A DNA stretch of 64,000 nucleotides. Origin: Strigamia acuminata. Lineage: Eukaryota. This document shows positions 57,704 through 64,000 of the stretch, one piece after another. The translations under genes were made by a program, and so were the position numbers. Under the pieces are notes generated by a model. The model ran no database searches, had not been told where the DNA came from, and was given only the letters and a program-made list of their open reading frames with translations. The number at the start of each line of letters is the position of its first letter. Within the stretch, counting starts at the first letter, position 1. The DNA lies in NCBI GenBank assembly GCA_949358305.1, contig OX442314.1, positions 558,001 to 622,000 on the forward strand. The letters run 5' to 3'.

Positions 57704-60700
57704 ATGGCGGCCACCATACGTGAACGGCAGACCGGTGAATTGTTTTTGATAGAATTCAATTCGAATTTATAATACTGAGTCGTGTTTTTGTTTCGATTTT
57801 AGCTGCCTTGAAGCGGATGTTGAATTTGAACGTGCCAGTAAATAAATCGAGCACGGTTGAACCGGTTTGGAAAGTGAGTGAATATTTGTTTGTTTGTTTT
57901 GTTAATTGAATGGAATTGGAATTGATTGACAGATTTTAATTTACGATCGATGTGGACAGGACATAATATCGCCGCTGTTGTCGGTGAAAGAACTGCGCGA
58001 AATGGGAGTCACTCTACATCTGTGCGTGCACAAATCGTGTTAAAATTTTTAAAATATTATTTTTTATTTTTATTTTTAATTCAAGATTGTTACATTCGGA
58101 TCGTGACGCCATTCCCGACGTGCCCGCAGTTTATTTCATCTTACCGACCGAAGAAAACATCCAAAGGATAACACAAGTGAAAGAAACAGAAAGTTTTGAA
58201 ATATTCTGAAAAAAATTAATTCCGAATTTTGACGCTAGGATTTCCGAAACCAACTATACGATTCTTATTTCCTCAACTTTATTTCGCCGATATCTCGACA
58301 AAAATTAGAGGATTTAGCGAGCGCCGCGTTACAATCCAACTGCGTTTCTCACGTGACCAAAGTAGGGTTTCTATTTTCCCGCCTATTTTTAATTCCCGGT
58401 TCCCGGTACCAAAATGGCCGGTACTCCCGTCAGGCGACGAAAAATGGCTAAAAATGGCCATTTTCAGCCTCTTTCCATGGTAAAAATGGCCGTTTTTCGT
58501 CAAAAATAGCCGTTTTTCGTCAAAAATAGCCGTTTTTAGTCAAAAATAGCCGTTTTTTCGTCAAAAATAGCCGTTTTTAGTCAAAAATAGCCGTTTTTCG
58601 TCAAAAATAGCCGTTTTTTGTCAAAAATAGCCGTTTTTTGTCTAAAATGGCCATTTTTAGCGTCTTTTCATGGTAAAAATTGCCGTTTTTCGTCAAAAAT
58701 AGCCGTTTTATCGTCAAAAATAGCCGTTTTTCGTCAAAAATGGCTAAAAATGGTCGTTTTTCGTCAAAAATAGCCATATTTTGTCAAAAATAGCCATATT
58801 TTGTCAAAAATAGCCGTTTTTCGTCAAAAATGGCTAAAAATGGTCGTTTTTCGTCAAAAATAGCCATATTTTGTCAAAAATAGCCGTTTTTCGTCAAAAA
58901 TAGCCGTTTTTTTTGTCAAAAATAGCCGTTTTTTGTCAAAAATGGCTATTTTCAATGACGTTTTGACAATTTTGGACGGAACCGGTCATTTTTTCAAATT
59001 TCCCGGTTCCCGGTTCTGTGATTTTAGGTTTTTAATAATTTTTTTTCTGTAGGTGTTTGACCAGTACCTGAATTTCATCACTTTGGAAGACGACATGTTT
59101 CTTCTACGCCACCAGAACTGCGAAACGATGTCTTATTACTCGATCAATCGCGGCGACATGAAGGACACGGAGATGGACGCCATTATGGACAGCATCGTCG
59201 AGTGTTTGTTTTCGTTTTTCGTCACGTTGGGCACGGTGCCCATCATACGCAGTCCGAGGGGAAATGCGGCCGAAGTGGTCGCCGAGGCGCGTTTTTTACT
59301 CAAAAATAATAAAAAATCAAAAATTAATATTTTTTTTTAAATTTTTTTTTAGAAATTGGATAAAAAGTTGCGGGAGAATTTGAGGGATTCGAGGAACAGT
59401 TTGTTTACTACGGACACGATCCAATCGGGCCAGTTTAGTTTTCAGAGACCGTTGTTTGTCGTTTTGGATCGCAATTTGGATCTAGCGACTCCACTGCATC
59501 ATTCGTGGACCTACCAAGCGCTTGCTCACGATGTTTTGGTAAAAATTAATTGAAAAAATGACAAAAAATTACGAAAAAATTACAGAAAATGACAAAAAAA
59601 TGACAAAAAATGACAAAAAATGACAAAAAATGACAAAATTTTGATTTTCTTTGCTAGGATTTAAAAATAAATCGTGTGACGCTCGAGGAAGGGTTTGAAA
59701 AGTCATCGCACGCAGGCGCAAAGCCGAGAACGAAGACGAAGACGTTCGATTTGCAACCGACTGATAAGTTTTGGATGCAACAGAAGGGAAGTCCGTTTCC
59801 GATCGTTGCTGAAGCCGTTCAAGGGGAATTGGAGTCGTATAGGGCGCAGGAGGACGAGGTGAAGCGACTCAAAACTGCTATGGTAAATTTTTGGTTTGGA
59901 TTTTGTCGATTTTTTAATTTTTTTTACGAAAAATGGCGATTTTTTGAAGGGATTGAATGGGGAAAGTGATGAAGCGATCAGCATGTTGTCAGACAACACG
60001 GCCAAACTCACTTCCGCTGTCAGGTATTAATATTTAATGAATTAAGAAATTTATTTTCGGTTTTATTTTTGATTATTTTTGCAGTTCGTTGCCGGAATTA
60101 TTAGAAAAGAAACGGTTGATGGACATGCACACGACAGTTGCGACCGCCATTTTGGATCAAATAAAAGTCGGAACGGAATTTGATTTTAATTTTGGAATTT
60201 AATAAAAAAAAATTAATTTCCTAGGCCCGAAAATTGGATGTATTTTTCGAAATTGAAGAAAAAATACAAAGCAAAACTACACTGGTAAATGGATTTATTC
60301 ATTTTAAAATTGTGGAAATTTAAAATCTTGAATTTTTCTTTTTAATTATCGATAGGACAAATCTTTGATCGAATTATTCGCCGATCCCGAAGGTAAGCAA
60401 ATGATATTCCACGTTACGATGTAATAAAAACACATTTTAAAAATGTATCACTTCGTTTTCACAGCCGGAACTCCCGAAGACAAAATGCGATTATTCCTTA
60501 TCTACTACATTTGTGGCCCGCCATTAACCGACGTAACAATTCCACCTTTTATCACAACCCTGGTAAAAATCTGGTAAAAATAACCCTATTTCTACGTATT
60601 TTAGGCCGAAGTTGACCAATACGCGGCCGTTTTGAAGGATTCGGGGTGCGAATTGGCTCCGTTAAATTACACGAAACGTTGGAAGTAAAAAAAAAAAAAA

Positions 60701-62895
60701 GTTTTAAACGATTTTTTGCTAAAAATGTGAAATTGTAGAGTTTACAGCAAGTTGTCGCTGGCTTCGAACCAATACACAGGTGGTGGGACAAAAACTATTA
60801 GGTGAGTTTCTTTTTCTTTTCCTTTGGTTTGGTAAGGGATAATTATGTTTGTGTTTCTTTTTCTGTTGTCGCGCGTGTCGGTCACGGTGCCACGGTGAAG
60901 GTCGTTGGCTGTGATTACGCGAATTAAGTGCGCCTGCCTCGGCTCGGCTCAAAGCGAGGCTCAAAGGCGAGCAGTCGTAGCGAGCGGAGCAGCTGATAAG
61001 TTAATGATTGCTCTCGAAACTGCATCTGGTCATTTTCAAGTGGGGGCGAAGGAAAAAGGGAGAAAACATGCCACTGCATAGTTGGAATAGCTGCCCAGGC
61101 TTATCTTGATTCATTCCACTTAGTTGTTGGAAGAAATTAGGCTTGTGGTTGCCGCTTTTCGCTCTTTTGGTTTTCGGAATTGGGACAAGGATGGGATGGT
61201 CGGAGGGAAAGAAATTCAATTAAAAAAGACAACAAACTAAACCGGATTTTACTTAAAAAAATACAAATTTTGATGTTGCAAATCGAAATTTTAATTCAAA
61301 AATCGAAATTTTTATTTTAAAATGGAAATTTTTATTTAAAAATGGAAATTTTTATTCAAAAATCGAAATTTTTAATTCAAAAATTGAAATTTTAATTTAA
61401 AAATTGAAATTTTAATTCAAAAATTAAAATTTTAGTTCAAAAATCGAAATTTTAATTCAAAAATCGAAATTTTAATTCAAAAATCGAAATTTTTACTCAA
61501 AAATCGAAATCTTTGTTCAAAAATCGAAATCTTTGATCAAAAATCGAAATCTTTGTTCAAAAATCGAAATTTTAGTTCAAAAATCAAAATTTTAATTTAA
61601 AAATCGAAATTTTAATTCAAAAATCGAAATTTTAATTCAAAAATCGAAATTTTTGTTCAAAAATCGAAATTTTTGTTCAAAAATCGAAATCTTTGTTCAA
61701 AAATCGAAATCTTTGATCAAAAATCGAAATTTTTGTTCAAAAATTGAAATTTTTGTTCAAAAAACGAAATTTTAATTCAAAAATCGAAATTTTAATTCAA
61801 AAATCGAAATTTTAATTCAAAAATCGAAATTTTTACTCAAAAATCGAAATTTTTACTCAAAAATCGAAATTTTAATTCAAAAAAATCAAAATTTTAATTC
61901 ATAAAAATCCAATTTTAGTGCAGGGAAAAAGTGTGCTTAAGTAGCACACAATAAAAGTGAAACTTGTTGACTTATTATTTCAAATTATCCAAACCGTCAA
62001 GTGTCACACTCTAATGGCGTCCTCAATTCTAAAATCTACCATATATAAATAAAAATCTAAGTTCGTTTGTTCAAAATCTTAAATCTCCAAAAGTTCTTCA
62101 TCGATTTATTTCCACGGGATTTATTTCCACGGGATTTATTTCCACGGGATTTATATGATTAAATTTACAAAAAGTGTTGTTTTATCTTTTTCTTTCTTTC
62201 AGTATGTTTTCCAAACTAATGTCGCAAGGATCGCAATTCGTGATGGAAGGCGTCAAGAATTTCGTAGTTAAAAAACACGTGAGTTACTCTCGATAGATAT
62301 TTCATCGCACATCTCCCAAATTGGCATAATCAAATTCGCTCCCAAGAATTTACCGGTCACGCGGATCGTCGACGCCTTAATGGAAATGAAATCGCTACAA
62401 GAAACGGACGACTACCGTTATTTCGACCCCAAGCTTCTCCGCGTCACCGACAGGTGACCGACCCAACGTTTTGAAAAAGAAATCTATTTCACACGAATCG
62501 ATTTTTATTTTTCAGTTCGTCCATTCCACGAAACCGATCACCATTCCAAGAGGTTTTTCTTTCTTTTTTATTCCTCAATTTTGTTTATTTCATTTTCGTT
62601 TCGATTCAGGCGATAGTGTTTGTCGTCGGCGGAGGAAATTACATCGAGTATCAAAATTTAGTCGATTACGCGAGAGTAAATATCGAAATATCGATTTTTA
62701 ATTATTTGTCTTAATAATTGATTTTTTTTATAGAATAAAAGCAGCGGAAATGCTAAAAGGATCGTTTACGGATGTACAAATCTTCAAAGTCCCAACCAGT
62801 TTTTGAAACAAGTAGGAAATTACTCGATTAAAAATATCGTCGACTAATTCGATTTTTGCTCGTTGCAGGTGGATCAGTTGGGGAAAGAGATTTAA
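57704..62895 (+). CDS. SCFD1: Sec1 family domain-containing protein 1 (Sly1/Slh)
   Basis: About 21 exons: [104 protein letters not shown]. Confidence 0.96.
58363..59022. mobile_element. Second copy of the 6442-7002 hAT MITE, 3' end lost, internal repeat expanded
   Basis: TAGGGTTTCTATTTTCCCGCCTATTTTTAATTCCC start and GACAATTTTGGACGGAACCG end match the ALK-intron copy. Confidence 0.85.
61275..61900. repeat. 20-bp minisatellite in an SCFD1 intron
   Basis: (AAATCGAAATTTTAATTCAA)n, about 30 copies. Confidence 0.9.
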
Positions 62896-63411
62896 GAGGA
62901 TTTGTCGCGATTGTTTTTGTATAAATCAAAATGTACCGATATATATATTAAAGATAGACTGAGTGTTTTTTGTCGTCCTTGTTGTTGAGCTTCAGAGAAA
63001 GCGCCGCCATTTGTAATTGCGAAAGGCAGTAAAGTTTGCGAGCGCGTGCTATGTAATTTTCGGCAATCTGACAAGATGGGGGCTCCGAGTACCGCCAACA
63101 CCCTAAACTCTGTCATTAGTCGGAGGAAATGATATTAAAGACCGCTTATTACCGAATTCTTCCGATGTAATAACGAAGGAAGCGCGATTCCGTTGAAAAC
63201 AACAAACAAAAATGGCGTCGCGAAAATGGCGCTAAATTTAAAATTTTTTTATTTTTGTACATTGCGTTTTCAATTCTATTTACAAAATGGATTTTTCGTT
63301 GCATTTCGTGCTGGACGATGATTCACGATGAATCATTCGTTCTTCAGGTAGAACCCGGTTGATTCACTCGCCATCGATCGGCAAAATGGCCAAAAATCAA
63401 ACGAAAACACG

Positions 63412-64000
63412 TCAGCGACACCCGCAACCTTCGACCACCATTTTGTCGTAGTTTTTGAGCACGACTTTGTCGTACTCGTCGACGTAGAGCATCGAGATGG
63501 GCGTCAGTTCGGTCGGGATGCAACAGGCGCGCGGAATGGCGCCCGGCTTGACGGAATTCACCAACGTCTGCACGATGGCGTGGTTGGTCGCATTCATGTG
63601 CTCGGCGAGCGGGAACGAGCACTCGCCGCGGCAGTAAAACGCGTGGTAGCCGGGCGGAGCGACGATCCAGTCGTTCCAGCCGACGTCCGAGAAATCCACG
63701 TAGAGCGCGTGACGCCGGCACAAATCCCGACGTGCTTTGCGGTTCCTCCGCTTCTCCACGTTCCGCCGAGCGCGGGAACTCGCTCCGGGACGTCCGTCGC
63801 GCGTGAACACGAGCAGGACGGGCGAATGCCACGTGTTTTTGCTCGTCAAAAACACGTGTTCTTCTTTCGGAGCTTTTTGCAAACGAGTTTGCGACACTTC
63901 CACCAAAATCCCGTGATTCGCACGCGCGTCGCGGCGCCATCGCGCCACGCTCGGCAACACGTCGAAGCTTTCCCAGCCGGTTCCGCGCACGTCCACCGTC
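63412..64000 (-). CDS. dpp: BMP2/4 (decapentaplegic) prodomain end and mature ligand; 5' part outside the window
   Basis: [57 protein letters not shown]...ACCIPTEL...MVVEGCGCR*. Confidence 0.95.
   Translation of the reverse strand, partial: TVDVRGTGWESFDVLPSVARWRRDARANHGILVEVSQTRLQKAPKEEHVFLTSKNTWHSPVLLVFTRDGRPGASSRARRNVEKRRNRKARRDLCRRHALYVDFSDVGWNDWIVAPPGYHAFYCRGECSFPLAEHMNATNHAIVQTLVNSVKPGAIPRACCIPTELTPISMLYVDEYDKVVLKNYDKMVVEGCGCR

Overview
Eukaryotic genomic DNA from an AT-rich invertebrate, probably an arthropod, with mostly ~50-70 nt introns and GC-rich exons. Ten spliced genes can be assembled by eye: ALK (+, 5' part outside the window), Spred (+), BPNT1 (-), a C-terminally short LRPPRC (-), a highly degenerate ABCA-family transporter (-), CRIPT (-, absent from the ORF track), an Rsf1-like RRM/RGG splicing factor (+), ZW10 (-), SCFD1/Sly1 (+) and the 3' part of BMP2/4/dpp (-). 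Larger introns and the 16 kb ALK-Spred gap hold nested MITEs (hAT, Tc1/mariner, piggyBac-like, Harbinger-like, Helentron-like), a decayed Tc3-like element, a MULE remnant and many 20-31 bp A/T-tract minisatellites. Highlights: (1) an apparently intact ABCA gene lacking both extracellular domains and with both ATPase cassettes degenerate; (2) a dense CRE/MEF2/nuclear-receptor site cluster upstream of several phase-matched candidate alternative first exons of Spred; (3) tail-to-tail Sly1-dpp linkage with a candidate enhancer in a Sly1 intron, and a dpp lacking the upstream furin site; (4) a ZW10-SCFD1 bidirectional promoter; (5) four foldback elements sharing an ACTC...CCCATTGG architecture. Exon boundaries are manual and homology calls come from remembered motifs, not database searches.
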